NCBI GenBank assembly: GCA_015491815.1
Contig: WFVC01000038.1
Coordinates: 2,095 to 66,094 of the forward strand
Reading direction: 5' to 3'
DNA: 64,000 bases
DNA from: Gammaproteobacteria bacterium
GTDB lineage: Bacteria; Pseudomonadota; Gammaproteobacteria; UBA6429; Thiohalophilaceae
Part shown: in pieces, positions 1 to 10,800 of the stretch
Layout of the letters: each line of letters starts with the position of its first letter
Numbering within the stretch: position 1 is the stretch's first letter
Notes under the pieces: generated by a model
What the model was told of the DNA's origin: nothing
What the model saw: the letters and a program-made list of their open reading frames with translations, nothing else
Database searches by the model: none
Program-made: the position numbers and the translations under genes

Positions 1-219
1 GAAGCCCAGCATGTGTTGCTCAATCAGTTCAAGATTGCGCACATCGGCTGTCGACAGGCCGTTCTCATTGATAATAATGGTCAAACGCTCCAGCCATTTT
101 TTCCAGCCTTCTTTGGAAACATTTTCATAAATACGCAGGCCGAGATCACCGGGATGCGGTAGATTATCCAGACCTTCCGCCTTTGTTTTTAATACCACGC
201 ACTCTACCATTCTTGTCAT
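1..219 (-). CDS. yggX: Fe(2+)-trafficking / oxidative-damage protection protein, YggX family. The 3' end runs off the window.
   Basis: My translation of the minus strand from the ATG at 219 gives MTRMVECVVLKTKAEGLDNLPHPGDLGLRIYENVSKEGWKKWLERLTIIINENGL... This is collinear with E. coli YggX (PGELGKRIYNEISKEAW...LINE). A GAGGTG SD lies just upstream. The ORF track omits it because there is no stop in the window. Confidence 0.8.
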   Translation of the reverse strand, partial: MTRMVECVVLKTKAEGLDNLPHPGDLGLRIYENVSKEGWKKWLERLTIIINENGLSTADVRNLELIEQHMLGF

Positions 220-243
220 TATTCACCTCAATATTCTATTCAC

Positions 244-381
244 TTAAGGAAGCTCTGATTAATTCCACCGTTCGTGGTGAGCTTGTCGAACCATGAACGC
301 TAAGCATTGTAAAATCATAATGTTATATGATTCCCCCTTCGACAAGCTCAGGGCGAACGGAATTAATCAGAGGTTCCTTAA
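244..381. mobile_element. MITE copy A (138 bp), full length
   Basis: The termini are inverted repeats: TTAAGGAAGCTCTGATTAATTCC...GGAATTAATCAGAGGTTCCTTAA. Internal arms are complementary (GTGAGCTTGTCGAACC / CTTCGACAAGCTCAG). The same element recurs at 28646, 38794, 45457 and 53895. Confidence 0.8.
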
Positions 382-1538
382 TTCTGTTCATATTTTTTCA
401 GCAGGACGCCATCATCGCCACAGCAGTCTGCCGCACAATGCTTAAGCTGATGTATTTCTTCACGACTACCATTGAGGTAGGCGTCAACCGGCATGTTATC
501 TTTCGCGCAATCGCAACCCTTGTCATTATACACATAAACATGCTTCAGTCCGGCGCGCTGTGCGGCTTCCTGCGCACGAAATAATACCGCATCCTCTGTC
601 GGCGGCAGATGCTTTAATTTATAGGCCGGGAAAAATTTTGTAATATGCCAGGGGCTGTCGGCGCCCAGGTTATCCCGAATCCAGCAGGCCATCCGGTAAT
701 GCTCGTCTGGATCATCATTTTTACCGGGAATAATATTAGTGCGCGTTTCCACATGCATGCCCAGCGCATGGGCTTTTTTAATCGAGTCCAGCACCTGCGT
801 CACTTTTGCCGGTTTGCAAATATCCTCATAGAAATCATCGCGCATGCTTTTGATATCAGAACACAGCACATCAATATGCGGCGCCGCCAGTTCCAGCGCC
901 TCATCGGTCACATAGCTGTTGGAAACATAGACGGTATACAGTCCGGCCTCATGTGCAAGCTGACTGACATCAATAATATATTCCAGCCAGACCGCCGGTT
1001 CCGAGTAGGTAAAGGCGATCCCCTGCACCTCGGCGCGCAGGGCGGTTTCAACTAAACTTTCAGGCGCGACCCAGGCGTCGGTGGACCGGCCTTTGGCGAG
1101 TTGATCCAGCGCCTCCACGCCCCAGGAAATATCCAGATTATGGCAGCCGCCGCAACGAAAGCTGCAGCCATAACTTCCAACCGACATGATTCGAGTGCCC
1201 GGATGATAATGGCGGACGGGTTTGTCTTCGATAGCGCCGATTTCAATCGCGGATAAAATGCCATAGGACAAATTATACAGAACGCCATTACGGTTAACAT
1301 GCGCCTGACAAAAACCACGTTGGCCATGGCCGATCTTGCAACGCCACAGACACAGGTGACAGCGCGTCGTGCTGTTATCCAGTTTTTCCTGTAAGCGGGT
1401 CTCGACTAACTGATACTGGCGGGGGGGAATTTTCTGATGACTCAAGCTGCATCCTGTGATGTTAGTGGGCGAGCGCGAAGCACGCTTCAAAGTTCGCTTA
1501 TTATAGCAGAAATTCCGCCTCAACCGAGCCATCCGCAC
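378..1538 (-). CDS. Radical SAM enzyme, AmmeMemoRadiSam/PflA-activase-like, with a Cys-rich C-terminal tail. The start is uncertain (1538, or a TTG at about 1445).
   Basis: It has a CX3CX2C cluster motif (GCSFRCGGCHN) and an upstream CHLCLWRC...C motif typical of AmrS-like enzymes. The C-terminus reads CDCAKD...HCAADCCGDD. The stop codon TAA (378-380) lies inside the MITE terminus. Confidence 0.75.
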   Translation of the reverse strand: MRMARLRRNFCYNKRTLKRASRSPTNITGCSLSHQKIPPRQYQLVETRLQEKLDNSTTRCHLCLWRCKIGHGQRGFCQAHVNRNGVLYNLSYGILSAIEIGAIEDKPVRHYHPGTRIMSVGSYGCSFRCGGCHNLDISWGVEALDQLAKGRSTDAWVAPESLVETALRAEVQGIAFTYSEPAVWLEYIIDVSQLAHEAGLYTVYVSNSYVTDEALELAAPHIDVLCSDIKSMRDDFYEDICKPAKVTQVLDSIKKAHALGMHVETRTNIIPGKNDDPDEHYRMACWIRDNLGADSPWHITKFFPAYKLKHLPPTEDAVLFRAQEAAQRAGLKHVYVYNDKGCDCAKDNMPVDAYLNGSREEIHQLKHCAADCCGDDGVLLKKYEQN

Positions 1539-2358
1539 AGGGTACGGTAATGCGCGATTCGGCTATCGCCAGTTTCTTTTTCCGTGCAGTCTGGTATGAA
1601 TAGGCCGCCGTAAGTGAATAGGAATGTCCATTTATATGGCAGGGGAAATAGCGGGTTCGTTCGCGCATGGCGCAAATAAAATTATACAGTCGTCGCGCCG
1701 GCCAGTCCTGATTCAAAATGAAATCCCGATCTTCAGGAAAAGACTGATAGTCTGCCTGTGTTTCATCCTGCGGCTCGGGTAAAAAGGCCGGCGCGTTCAT
1801 ATTGGATAAGAGTTCCAGCAAGGCCGCTGTTCCCTTTTCCGCCAGCCGATGACAGGCGGCTGAATAAGGGATCCCATCAGGCATCGACACTGATTTGCGA
1901 ACAAGAATCGCGCCGCGATCCAGTTCCGGCGAGACAAGATGCAGGCTGACGCCAAAATCCGTTTCACCATGTCTGAATTGCCAGAATACGGGATCGGGAC
2001 CCCGGTAAGCCGGCAATAGTGAAGGATGCAGATTAATGCAGGCCTGTTTCGCCATCGCGCAAATCTCATTAGGCAGGCGGCGTGCAAAACAGGATACAAA
2101 AATAATATCAGCCGAGCAGTCTCGAATACGTTTAGCGCAGTCCCGCCAGTTTGAACCAACTTGAACTAAAGGCACACCGGACTTTAAAGCCAGTGACGCC
2201 AGCGATTCCCGCGCGGCGTCAACAACAGGAAGTTGAGGGGCCGACGCATGTGCATCCGCATTGGCGATAATCAGGCAGACATGGTGTTTTGATTCCAGCA
2301 GCGCCTGCAGAGGAAGTAGTGAAAGACTGCTCGATGAACCAATATAAACAATGTTCAT
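1501..2358 (-). CDS. Formyltransferase-family protein (Fmt/PurN-like N-terminal domain)
   Basis: It begins MNIVYIGSS... and carries the NLHPSLLPAYRG motif characteristic of formyl_trans_N enzymes. The ORF track starts at a GTG (2364); the ATG at 2358 is preferred. It is adjacent to or overlaps the downstream radical SAM gene. Confidence 0.7.
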   Translation of the reverse strand: MNIVYIGSSSSLSLLPLQALLESKHHVCLIIANADAHASAPQLPVVDAARESLASLALKSGVPLVQVGSNWRDCAKRIRDCSADIIFVSCFARRLPNEICAMAKQACINLHPSLLPAYRGPDPVFWQFRHGETDFGVSLHLVSPELDRGAILVRKSVSMPDGIPYSAACHRLAEKGTAALLELLSNMNAPAFLPEPQDETQADYQSFPEDRDFILNQDWPARRLYNFICAMRERTRYFPCHINGHSYSLTAAYSYQTARKKKLAIAESRITVPCADGSVEAEFLL

Positions 2359-2536
2359 TCGCACTTAAAAAAACAGACGTTATTTAAAATCTCAGCATGC
2401 CTCAACACAACTCTCCTTTGAGCGCGAACAATTGACCCCGTCCCGAACAAATTTCAGATCATTATAGCCATGTTGAGCTTGAACAGGTATAACTACCTTT
2501 GTGGCGGCGACAAACAGACCTTTAAACGGATAGCCT

Positions 2537-3376
2537 ATGCGACTATTTATTATTTTTATTTTACTGCTCATTCTGGCAAGCCTGTTTTTAAAAAATATTC
2601 GTCATGATCAGATCAGTCTGGATCTGCCGCCGGCGTCACTGGAGCAATGGTACAAACCCGCAAACAAGCGTCAGCAATGGCTGCATACCATGTTTAAACT
2701 TCGTCGTGAAATGCAGGCGATTTCTGAATATGTGGACGCCGGCGATCAGCCGCGCCAGCTTGAATGGGCGCAAAAGTTACGCAAAAATTATTACAGGGCC
2801 GCTGACATGGTTCCCGAATGGAAAGCGGATATGCGACTGCATCAGGTGGATGAACTACTGGACGCAATAAAAAACAACCGGCCGGATGAAATCAAAGAGG
2901 TGCAGGAAAAACTGGCCGGCGTCTGTCAAAAATGTCACCGCAAATATCGCGCAATCACCGCAGCGATTTATCGCTCTCCTGACTTTTCAGATATCAGGGT
3001 GGATGATACGGGCGCGAATAAAAAACTTGCTTACAAGGAGGCCATGGAACAACTCAGTCTGAGCATGAACAGAATTGTTATCAACATTGTTGATCAGAAT
3101 TATACCGCCGCCCGGGCTTCAGCCGATGAACTTGAAAAGCGAATGACCAGACTTGGCGACACCTGTCATGAATGCCACAAAAATGACAGCGCCAAAGAAA
3201 GGCTGCTGGGTGAGGAGAACCGCGCACGCTTCAGAAATCTCAGCGAGCTTATCCGCTCAGAAAAGCGGGAAAAAGCAGGCCGAACCGTCGGGGAGATTGC
3301 CGTCGCCGCTTGCGCCCGATGCCACAGCATCCATCGCAGTACCTCGGCGATTCGCCGGGTTTTTCAGAAGAAATAA
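2537..3376 (+). CDS. Membrane-anchored or secreted tri-haem c-type cytochrome (helical, cytochrome c'-like repeats)
   Basis: It has a hydrophobic N-terminus (MRLFIIFILLLILASLFL). Three CxxCH motifs occur at residues 130-134 (CQKCH), 210-214 (CHECH) and 259-263 (CARCH), each ending a helical, charged segment. Confidence 0.65.
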   Translation: MRLFIIFILLLILASLFLKNIRHDQISLDLPPASLEQWYKPANKRQQWLHTMFKLRREMQAISEYVDAGDQPRQLEWAQKLRKNYYRAADMVPEWKADMRLHQVDELLDAIKNNRPDEIKEVQEKLAGVCQKCHRKYRAITAAIYRSPDFSDIRVDDTGANKKLAYKEAMEQLSLSMNRIVINIVDQNYTAARASADELEKRMTRLGDTCHECHKNDSAKERLLGEENRARFRNLSELIRSEKREKAGRTVGEIAVAACARCHSIHRSTSAIRRVFQKK

Positions 3377-3715
3377 AACAGCCCGTCACGATCTTGCCAA
3401 ATGATTACGTGCTTGCCTGAATGTCCGTTCTACCCTGACAACCCGCCCGCTCTGAAACTTTCGACGCTGAACAGACTCCCTTTTCAGATACCGGCGGAAA
3501 TTTCTGAACATGGTATTGCCCTTCCCGCTATCACTGAGGCTGTCTGAAGCTGCTGCGTACTCTACACCAGCGTGACTGCGGTTTCCGGAAAACAGGCCGG
3601 AACCGTTCACGTTCCGCGGGAAACAGCGATCACCTTCAGTGAAACAGGCAACAAGGCGGGGTCATCCCTGACCATTTTGTTCCTCGACTTTATTCCTCGC
3701 CAGGAACTCTCTAAA

Positions 3716-4594
3716 TCAGGCTCTGCGACGAGCAACTCCGAGCAGGGCAACCAGGCCGGAACCCAGCAGCCAGACTGCGCCTGGCACCGGCACCGTGCTG
3801 GCGCCGCCGGTTTCGCTGAAACCACCCTGCAGGGAGCTGATCCGGAACCCGTCCGGCAAATTGAAAGAACTGGAGATGACACTGCCGTTCATGCCTGCAA
3901 GCATCGCTGTGCCATTAAGATCCAGCGAAGCTGCCGTATCGATATCGATTGTTAGTGTGGCGTTCGACTCCAAGCCCATGTTGAGTGAAAAGGGGGAATT
4001 CAGGGGCACCAGAGCCGAGCCGGTAGTGAACAGTCCCGAGAAACTGCCATCAGTCGTCTGATCGAACACAGTCGTTCCGGCCAGCGACACGTATGTGCGG
4101 TTGCGGCCAATAGCATTGGTAATGCCATTGGAAGGGCGGTCCGTGAAACCGCGATCGGTCTGATAGCTGGTTGCCGAGGAAGCGATAAACAGGTTGACGC
4201 TGATCTCGGCCTGGCCGGTGCTGGCGGGGTTGGCCGTATCGATCAGCATCAAATCATCCAGTCTCATGCTCGCATTGGCCTGGCCATACTCTCCTTCCGA
4301 GTAGATAATCCATGAATTCTGCTCAATGCGGATGTTAGCGTCAAGCTGTCCCGGGTCGGCGCTGGCATGGACGACAACCCGACCGGCGTAGACACCTTCA
4401 TCCCGGTCGTAAACCACCGGTGTCGTTCCACGATTTTGCGCGGTGCCATTATCATTATGATACCCGGCATAATAATCGGGTTCGCTGGCCTGTACCGCAG
4501 CGCTGCTCAGCAGGGCAGTCAGGGCAATGCACTGTGCATAAAAATAGCCGTGACGCATGAATCCGGTTCCGGAATTCTTCAGGTTTTTGTTCAT
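3716..4594 (-). CDS. Secreted protein with a C-terminal PEP-CTERM/VPLPA-CTERM-type sorting signal
   Basis: It has an N-terminal signal peptide (…ALLSSAAVQASEP). The C-terminus VPVPGAVWLLGSGLVALLGVARRRA has the motif + TM helix + Arg cluster layout of exosortase substrates. A GAGGGG SD lies upstream. Confidence 0.7.
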   Translation of the reverse strand: MNKNLKNSGTGFMRHGYFYAQCIALTALLSSAAVQASEPDYYAGYHNDNGTAQNRGTTPVVYDRDEGVYAGRVVVHASADPGQLDANIRIEQNSWIIYSEGEYGQANASMRLDDLMLIDTANPASTGQAEISVNLFIASSATSYQTDRGFTDRPSNGITNAIGRNRTYVSLAGTTVFDQTTDGSFSGLFTTGSALVPLNSPFSLNMGLESNATLTIDIDTAASLDLNGTAMLAGMNGSVISSSFNLPDGFRISSLQGGFSETGGASTVPVPGAVWLLGSGLVALLGVARRRA

Positions 4595-5034
4595 TATTGT
4601 TTTCCCCTCAAGTCAGGTTAATTTTGAATCGAGAACCGCTGAAAACCCTTGATTCTCAGTGGCGACTGTCAATACTGGCAGCCTGCCAGACCAGGTATGA
4701 GATACCGAAATTGTTCGCGGAAACAGTTAACCTCTGGAGGAAAACAGGAATCATGCTTTTTTCCATACCGCAGTTACGTCTGGAGCTGTACTTGCCCCTG
4801 CGCCCGACCCAATCTGGACTGGTTCCAAAATTCTATATCCACGACTAACATGGGACAATATGTAGAAAGTAATAAGCTGCGGCGGCAACTCCCTGATTTC
4901 TTCGATGAGTTGCTGGCCGAAAAGAACGAGTAACTTTTTACGAGATTCGATTACGCGGGGCAAGAGCGTACAAAAGGATGGAAAAGATTCGCACCGATAG
5001 ATGCGAGCAAGTTCTTGTTGGTACAAGGGAAAAT

Positions 5035-5111
<77 letters not shown>

Positions 5112-5199
5112 TTATCTGGTTTGAATCTGAATATGTGTATTCAGGAAACGGCGGCAATGATACCCCAGCCGCCGCTAAGATGGAATGCAAAAGAATGAT

Positions 5200-5559
5200 T
5201 TAGCGGCTAAGAATATCCATGACTTCTTCAAGCTCCCTGCGAATATCCTGCAGGGTTTCCTTGTCGTTCTTATGAGCGTCTTTATTTTCATCGCTATCCG
5301 AAAGCTGCAAACGCGCACCGCCAATGGTGTAGCCCTGCTCATACAGCAGGCCGCGAATTTGGCGAATCATAATGACATCCTGACGCTGGTAATAGCGCCG
5401 GTTGCCTCGCCGTTTTACCGGCTTGAGCTGGGGAAATTCCTGCTCCCAGTAGCGCAGGACATGGGGTTTGACATTACACAATTCGCTGACTTCGCCAATG
5501 GTGAAGTAGCGCTTGCCGGGTATGGGAGGTAATTCGTTATTGTTGGTTGGTTCCAGCAT
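5200..5559 (-). CDS. MerR-family transcriptional regulator (the conserved ihfA-downstream type)
   Basis: It has a MerR HTH ([25 protein letters not shown]...[13 protein letters not shown]). The ihfA-merR-tRNA-Pro order matches Pseudomonas-type synteny. Confidence 0.8.
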   Translation of the reverse strand: MLEPTNNNELPPIPGKRYFTIGEVSELCNVKPHVLRYWEQEFPQLKPVKRRGNRRYYQRQDVIMIRQIRGLLYEQGYTIGGARLQLSDSDENKDAHKNDKETLQDIRRELEEVMDILSR

Positions 5560-5839
5560 ACGCCTCTACTCTGGCTTTCAGTTTCTGACCGGGACGAAAA
5601 GTGACGACACGCCGTGCGGTAATCGGGATCTCTTCCCCGGTCTTCGGATTTCTGCCCGGTCTCTGCTTTTTATCACGCAGATCAAAATTACCAAAACCGG
5701 ATAATTTAACCTGTTGCCCGTTCTCCAACGCCCCTCGAATTTCTTCGAAGAACATTTCGACAATTTCCTTGGCTTCGCGCTTGTTGAGTCCAAGTTCTTC
5801 AAACAATCTTTCCGCCATATCGGCCTTGGTCAACGCCAT
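5537..5839 (-). CDS. ihfA: Integration host factor subunit alpha
   Basis: The sequence [73 protein letters not shown] is near-canonical IHF-alpha. Confidence 0.95.
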   Translation of the reverse strand: MALTKADMAERLFEELGLNKREAKEIVEMFFEEIRGALENGQQVKLSGFGNFDLRDKKQRPGRNPKTGEEIPITARRVVTFRPGQKLKARVEAYAGTNQQ

Positions 5840-5844
5840 ATTTC

Positions 5845-8229
5845 TTATTCTCTCAATGTAGCCCCAAGTTCAGCACCCAGGGCGCTGACAACATTCTGAA
5901 TTTCAGAATCCACTTCACTGTCTGTAAGAGTGCGTGAAAGATCCTGTAAGGTCAAGCCCAGCGCGAGACTTTTTCTACCAGAATCAATACCTTCGCCCAC
6001 ATATACATCAAAAAGCTCGATATCCTGCAAGGTCGAAGAGGCCGCCCGGCGAATACAATCATGTACTTTTTGCGCCGCTATATCCTCATCCACAATCACC
6101 GCAATATCCCTGCGAATGGCCGGAAATCTGGATAAAGGTGAAAAAGCCGGAATCTGACCCGTTTGCACATAGTCCAGAGCCAGTTCAAAGACAAAGACCC
6201 GTTGATTCAGCCCCAGGGCTCGTTCAACTTCTGGATGTAATGCCCCAATATATCCCAATAAATTTCCACTCTGAGTATGATAAATAGCCGCACTTTGCCC
6301 CGGATGCAAGGCGGGATGTGTTTCCGGACGAAATTCCACCGCCCCTGTTTTGCCGCCTAAAGCCAGCAGGGCTTCCACCTGCGCCTTTACATCAAAGTAG
6401 TCCAGCTTGCGGCTTTCCATACCCCACTGAGGTGGATTCACTTCACCCGTTGCCGCACCGGCAATGACCATTTTTTGCTGCAATTCAGTATCTTGCATCA
6501 CAAACTTAAGGCCAGACTCGAATAAGGATAACCTATTTTGCTGGCGATTCAAGTTATAAATCAGCGCCTGCGCCAGCCCCGGCCAGAGACTGGTGCGCAT
6601 AACGGATAAATCGCTGGAAATCGGATTGGCCAGCGCCACCGGTTTTTGTGTCGGATCCAGCAGTTTCTGCATTTTAGGATCGACAAAGCTGTACGTAATG
6701 GCTTCGTAGTAGCCTCGTTGCACCAGCACATCACGCACCTGAGCCATGCTGATCCGGGTTTCACTACTGGGCTGCATCTGCAGACGAATTTTTGGCCGGG
6801 AGTCAGGCAGATTGTCGTAGCCGTAAATGCGGCCGATTTCTTCGATCAGATCGACTTCGCGTTCAATATCAAAACGAAAGGCCGGCGGCGTCACCCGCCA
6901 TCCCGTCGCATTCGTTTCAACGGCCATGCCCAGCCCTGAGAGCATCGTCGCGACGGTCTCCGACGCCACCTTCACGCCCAGCACGCGCTCGATACGCGCC
7001 TCACGCAGGGAGACCGGCAGTCTGACCGGGAGATCCTCTTCTCTCACCTGTTCGATGACCGGCCCCGGTCGACCACCGACAATTTCCAGCAGCAAGGCAG
7101 TGGCGCGTTCTATCGCTTCGCGCTGCAATTCAAATGAGACGCCGCGCTCAAAACGATGTGAGGAGTCGGTATGCAGGCCGTAGCTGCGCGCCCGTCCGGC
7201 AATCGCCAGCGGGTTGAAATAGGCGCTTTCAAGGAAAATATCCCGGGTTTCATCACCCACAGCTGAGTCGGCCCCGCCCATGATGCCCGCCAGCGCCAGC
7301 GGCGCATGCCGGTCGGCGATCAGCAGACTGCCTTTTTGCAGGCTAATTTCCTGACCATCGAGCAGGGTCAGCGGTTCGTCTTTTTTAGCGTGACGAACCA
7401 CAATATCACCGTCGAGCTTCGCCATATCGAAGGCGTGCATGGGCTGTCCCAGCTCCAGTAAAATGAAATTGGTGACATCGACCACCGGCCCCAGACTGCG
7501 CAGACCGCTGCGACGCAGCTTCTCCTGCAACCAGATCGGGGTGCTCGCAGCCGGGTTAATATCGCGAATAATCCGGCCCACATAACGCGGACAGTCGGCG
7601 CCGGCTTCCAGTTTCACCGCTAAAACATCATCAATTTCAGGCGTCACGTCAGCAATAATCGGCGGGGTTGGCTTCACATTATTCAGTCCCCCGACCTCGC
7701 GGGCAATCCCGGCGATGCTCAGGCAGTCGCCCCGGTTGGGTGTCAATCCCAGCTCAATGCTGACATCATCCAGCTTCAGATAGTCGCGAATATCGATGCC
7801 CACCGGCGCATCAGCAGGTAATTCCATCAGGCCATCGGCCTGCTCGGCCAGCCCCAGTTCCTGCTCGGAACAGAGCATGCCGTGTGACGGTACGCCGCGC
7901 AGTTTGGATTTTTTGATCTTCAAACCGCCCGGCAATTTTGCGCCCACCAGCGCCGTCGGGACTTTCAATCCGGTACGCACATTGGCCGCGCCACAAACGA
8001 TGCCCAGCGGTTCATCCTCATCCACCCTGACCGTACACACGCGCAACTTGTCCGCATCGGGGTGCGCCTCGACCGACAGCACTTCGCCCACCACGATTTT
8101 CTCGAACTCGGCGGCGACCGGCTCGATGGCTTCCACTTCCAGCCCCGACATGGTCAGCTGGTGCGCCAGCGTGTCCGTGTCGATATCAGGATTAACCCAT
8201 TCTCTTAACCATTTTTCACTGAATTTCAT
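5845..8229 (-). CDS. pheT: Phenylalanine--tRNA ligase beta subunit
   Basis: 794 aa beginning [14 protein letters not shown]..., with the tRNA-binding, B3/4, B5 and FDX-ACB domain order. It lies downstream of pheS. Confidence 0.95.
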   Translation of the reverse strand: MKFSEKWLREWVNPDIDTDTLAHQLTMSGLEVEAIEPVAAEFEKIVVGEVLSVEAHPDADKLRVCTVRVDEDEPLGIVCGAANVRTGLKVPTALVGAKLPGGLKIKKSKLRGVPSHGMLCSEQELGLAEQADGLMELPADAPVGIDIRDYLKLDDVSIELGLTPNRGDCLSIAGIAREVGGLNNVKPTPPIIADVTPEIDDVLAVKLEAGADCPRYVGRIIRDINPAASTPIWLQEKLRRSGLRSLGPVVDVTNFILLELGQPMHAFDMAKLDGDIVVRHAKKDEPLTLLDGQEISLQKGSLLIADRHAPLALAGIMGGADSAVGDETRDIFLESAYFNPLAIAGRARSYGLHTDSSHRFERGVSFELQREAIERATALLLEIVGGRPGPVIEQVREEDLPVRLPVSLREARIERVLGVKVASETVATMLSGLGMAVETNATGWRVTPPAFRFDIEREVDLIEEIGRIYGYDNLPDSRPKIRLQMQPSSETRISMAQVRDVLVQRGYYEAITYSFVDPKMQKLLDPTQKPVALANPISSDLSVMRTSLWPGLAQALIYNLNRQQNRLSLFESGLKFVMQDTELQQKMVIAGAATGEVNPPQWGMESRKLDYFDVKAQVEALLALGGKTGAVEFRPETHPALHPGQSAAIYHTQSGNLLGYIGALHPEVERALGLNQRVFVFELALDYVQTGQIPAFSPLSRFPAIRRDIAVIVDEDIAAQKVHDCIRRAASSTLQDIELFDVYVGEGIDSGRKSLALGLTLQDLSRTLTDSEVDSEIQNVVSALGAELGATLRE

Positions 8230-8258
8230 AATGCTCTTATTACCTGTGATGGGTAATT

Positions 8259-8347
8259 AACGCAGAGGACGCCAAGGCGCAGAGACGCAAAGAATAAAAA
8301 TAAAAAATATTTTCTCTGCGTCTCTGCGCCTCAGCGCTCTTTGCGTT
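8259..8347. repeat. ~90-bp imperfect palindrome in the pheS-pheT spacer
   Basis: The inner stem pairs 8276-8294 (GGCGCAGAGACGCAAAGAA) with 8312-8330 (TTCTCTGCGTCTCTGCGCC): 19 bp with one mismatch and a 17-nt A/T loop. The outer arms AACGCAGAGGACGCC / GCGCTCTTTGCGTT pair partially. Confidence 0.8.
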
Positions 8348-8379
8348 TAATATGACCCTATATATTTTAACTACAGCGT

Positions 8380-9478
<1,099 letters not shown>

Positions 9479-9534
9479 AATCTTTTACTGTGCGATCCCC
9501 GTCATGCGGAGATCGTATGCCTGATAGTGCCGGC

Positions 9535-9894
9535 TCAGTTCGACAGATTAGCCCTGGCTTTTTCAGCTAAGGCTGCAAATGCTGTTTTGTCGAAAATAGC
9601 CATGTCGGCCAGCACTTTGCGATCGATTTCAATCGAGGCTTTTTTCAGGCCATTGATGAAACGGCTGTAGGACAGACCGCATTCCCGCGCGCCGGCATTG
9701 ATGCGGGCAATCCACAGGGCGCGAAACTGACGCTTGCGCTGCTTGCGACCGATATAGGCATACTGTCCGGCCTTGGTGACGGCCTGAACCGCAACCCGGT
9801 AGACGTTCTTACGACGGCCATAATAGCCTTTGGCCTGATCCAGTACTTTTTTATGGCGTGCACGTGCGGTGACGCCGCGTTTTACTCTTGGCAT
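9535..9894 (-). CDS. rplT: 50S ribosomal protein L20
   Basis: It begins [35 protein letters not shown]..., which is canonical L20. Confidence 0.95.
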   Translation of the reverse strand: MPRVKRGVTARARHKKVLDQAKGYYGRRKNVYRVAVQAVTKAGQYAYIGRKQRKRQFRALWIARINAGARECGLSYSRFINGLKKASIEIDRKVLADMAIFDKTAFAALAEKARANLSN

Positions 9895-9909
9895 AGTCTC
9901 ACCCTCCCC

Positions 9910-10107
9910 TTAACTGTATGGAATCATTTTGCGAACGGCGGCCGTATCGGCTGCGCTGACCGCTTCACCGTTACGCAGCTGACGCTTGCGCTTGGTGCTC
10001 ATCTTGGTGAGGATGTGGCTTTTATTTGCGTTACCACGTTTGAATCCGCCGGACGCCCGACGTTTGAAGCGCTTGAGTGCGCCGCTGTTGCTTTTCATTT
10101 TAGGCAT
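9910..10107 (-). CDS. rpmI: 50S ribosomal protein L35
   Basis: It begins [45 protein letters not shown], which is canonical L35. Confidence 0.95.
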   Translation of the reverse strand: MPKMKSNSGALKRFKRRASGGFKRGNANKSHILTKMSTKRKRQLRNGEAVSAADTAAVRKMIPYS

Positions 10108-10221
10108 GCTGTGTACTCCGCATTATATTAAAAGAACAGTGAATCAGGTATGAAAAGGACCCGGGATCACTTCTTGTCGCCGCCCGAATGGCGGCTTGCA
10201 GCCGTTACCGGATGCTGTAAT

Positions 10222-10277
10222 GTGCGGCTGAAGCCGCACCTACAATAAAAACAGGTGCGATTGAAATCGCACCTACA
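10222..10277 (+). repeat. REP-like hairpin doublet (locus R1) in the infC-rpmI spacer
   Basis: Two units, GTGCGGCTGAAGCCGCACCTACA and GGTGCGATTGAAATCGCACCTACA. Each is a 7-8 bp stem with a 3-4 nt loop followed by CCTACA. The family recurs at 37462, 38688 and 59795. Confidence 0.75.
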
Positions 10278-10281
10278 AAAA

Positions 10282-10797
10282 TTACTTTTTGTTGGCGCCA
10301 ATCACCATCACCATCTGCCGGCCTTCCAGTCGTGGAAACTGCTCAACCGTGCCATATTCTTCAAGATCGGCGGCGACGCGTTTAAGCAGTTCCAGCCCCA
10401 GTTCCTGATGCGCCATTTCCCGACCGCGAAAGCGCAAAGTTACTTTAGCCTTGTCGCCATTTTCGAGAAAACGTTTGAGATTACGCAGTTTGACCTCGTA
10501 ATCGCCCTTCTCGGTGCCCGGTCGAAACTTCACTTCCTTGATATGGATCTGCTTCTGCTTTTTCTTTGCCGCATGGCGTTTCTTGTTCTCTTCGAACAGG
10601 AACTTGCCATAATCCATAATCCGGCAAACCGGCGGTTTGGCTTCCGGCGCGACTTCGACCAGATCCATGTCTGAGTTATCTGCTAATTCCTGCGCTTCCT
10701 CAATTGACAGAACCCCTGCCTGTTCGCCGTCCGATGTGATGACACGCACTTGTGGTGCGGTTATTTCCGCATTGGTGCGCGTTTTCTTGGTCGCGAT
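10282..10797 (-). CDS. infC: Translation initiation factor IF-3, with an inferred non-AUG (AUC) start
   Basis: The ORF track begins at a GTG (10749). However, homology to E. coli IF-3 (RINGEIRAQEVRL versus [13 protein letters not shown]) continues upstream of that GTG. The only in-frame near-cognate codon after the thrS stop is ATC at 10797, 7 nt downstream of GGAGGG. Confidence 0.85.
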   Translation of the reverse strand: MATKKTRTNAEITAPQVRVITSDGEQAGVLSIEEAQELADNSDMDLVEVAPEAKPPVCRIMDYGKFLFEENKKRHAAKKKQKQIHIKEVKFRPGTEKGDYEVKLRNLKRFLENGDKAKVTLRFRGREMAHQELGLELLKRVAADLEEYGTVEQFPRLEGRQMVMVIGANKK

Positions 10798-10800
10798 ATT

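Noticed and set aside
1343-1362. CACAGGTGACAGCG inside the radical SAM CDS resembles the right half of the operator motif.
   Set aside because: Only the right half-site is present, the left half is CAGACA rather than TGTCAC, and it lies inside a coding region.
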